From an uncultured Candidatus Rokubacteria bacterium (GTDB taxonomy: Bacteria; Methylomirabilota; Methylomirabilia; Rokubacteriales; CSP1-6): a DNA stretch of 64,000 bases. The stretch is taken from assembly GCA_963789955.1 (NCBI GenBank), contig CAWBMV010000015.1, positions 192,001 to 256,000 of the forward strand, read 5' to 3'. Position numbers and translations under genes: made by a program. The first letter of the stretch is position 1. Each line of letters begins with the position of its first letter. Shown here in pieces: positions 63,587-64,000 of the stretch. The notes under the pieces are model-generated. The model was not told where the DNA came from. It saw only the letters and a program-made list of their open reading frames with translations, and ran no database searches.

Positions 63587-64000
63587 TCAGGACCGACGCA
63601 GCTGCTCGAGGATCTTCACCGTGTCTGCCGGCTCCGGCCGGTGCGTGTAGTCCGGATCGGCGTTGACGGCACGGATGATGCCCTGACGATCGATGACGAA
63701 CCTGGCCGGAACGGGTAGGCGCCACGTACCGTCACCATTGCCGCGCGCCAGATCGATCCCGAACTTCGTGTAGATCTCGCGCAGGTCGTCGGGCAACGTG
63801 AAGACCAGGCCGTACGATTCGGCGACGCGATTGCCGAAGTCGCGCAGCATTGCGTAGGCGAATGCCTCCGCCTCTTGCGTCTCGCGCGGTGTCCGCGCCA
63901 CCTGGGGCGAGATGACCGCGAGGCTCGCGCCGGCGCCGGTGATCTCGGGCAGGGCACGCTGCAGAGCTGCCAGCTCTGCGTTGCAGTAGGGTCACCAGCG
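63587..64000 (-). CDS. AhpC/TSA-family peroxiredoxin-like protein, probable selenoprotein (UxxC); 5' end outside the window
   Basis: In-frame R-W-TGA(63992-63994)-P-Y-C-N-A-E-L...AVISPQ continues into ORF 63587..63901 (WRLPVPARFVID..G.IR...DYTHRPEP). Confidence 0.85.
63961..63979 (-). other. Bacterial SECIS-like stem-loop
   Basis: GCAGAGCT-GGC-AGCTCTGC perfect 8-bp stem starting 12 nt 3' of the UGA, with a G-initiated apical loop. Confidence 0.7.

Overview
High-GC (roughly 70% by eye) bacterial chromosomal window. The gene repertoire (many peptide-ABC binding proteins, LLM oxidoreductases, a repeated 'VEVIVDRR' domain) suggests Ca. Rokubacteria/Methylomirabilota or a similar soil lineage; this is inference. 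Many conserved genes are split by single-base indels, very densely between about 43.6 and 52.6 kb, which looks like long-read consensus error rather than pseudogenisation. The main feature (9.7-24 kb) is a signalling locus with a good sigma-54 promoter match. It joins a Pil-Chp-like chemosensory operon (PilH-like REC, CheW, Tat-exported periplasmic binding protein, MCP, two-Hpt hybrid CheA; no CheR/CheB) to an MglA/MglB small-GTPase module. Several further roadblock/LC7-like proteins are included: a REC-roadblock fusion, a TPR-roadblock protein, a stand-alone roadblock, and a membrane scaffold, plus a pseudo-REC-DUF4388 protein. Upstream are three proteins sharing an unannotated DRR-motif domain. 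At the right edge an AhpC/TSA-type redoxin has an in-frame TGA at the catalytic Cys position (W-U-P-Y-C) followed by a SECIS-like hairpin, so it is a probable selenoprotein. The rest is metabolic and transport genes (dapL, peptide ABC systems, alkA, Prx5, MMPL, LLM oxidoreductases, Mo-hydroxylase, amidase, triple-Rid protein, ADH, PLP enzymes, M20 hydrolase), REP-like palindromes, and a few apparent deletion or chimera junctions. No rRNA, tRNA, CRISPR array or transposase was recognised.
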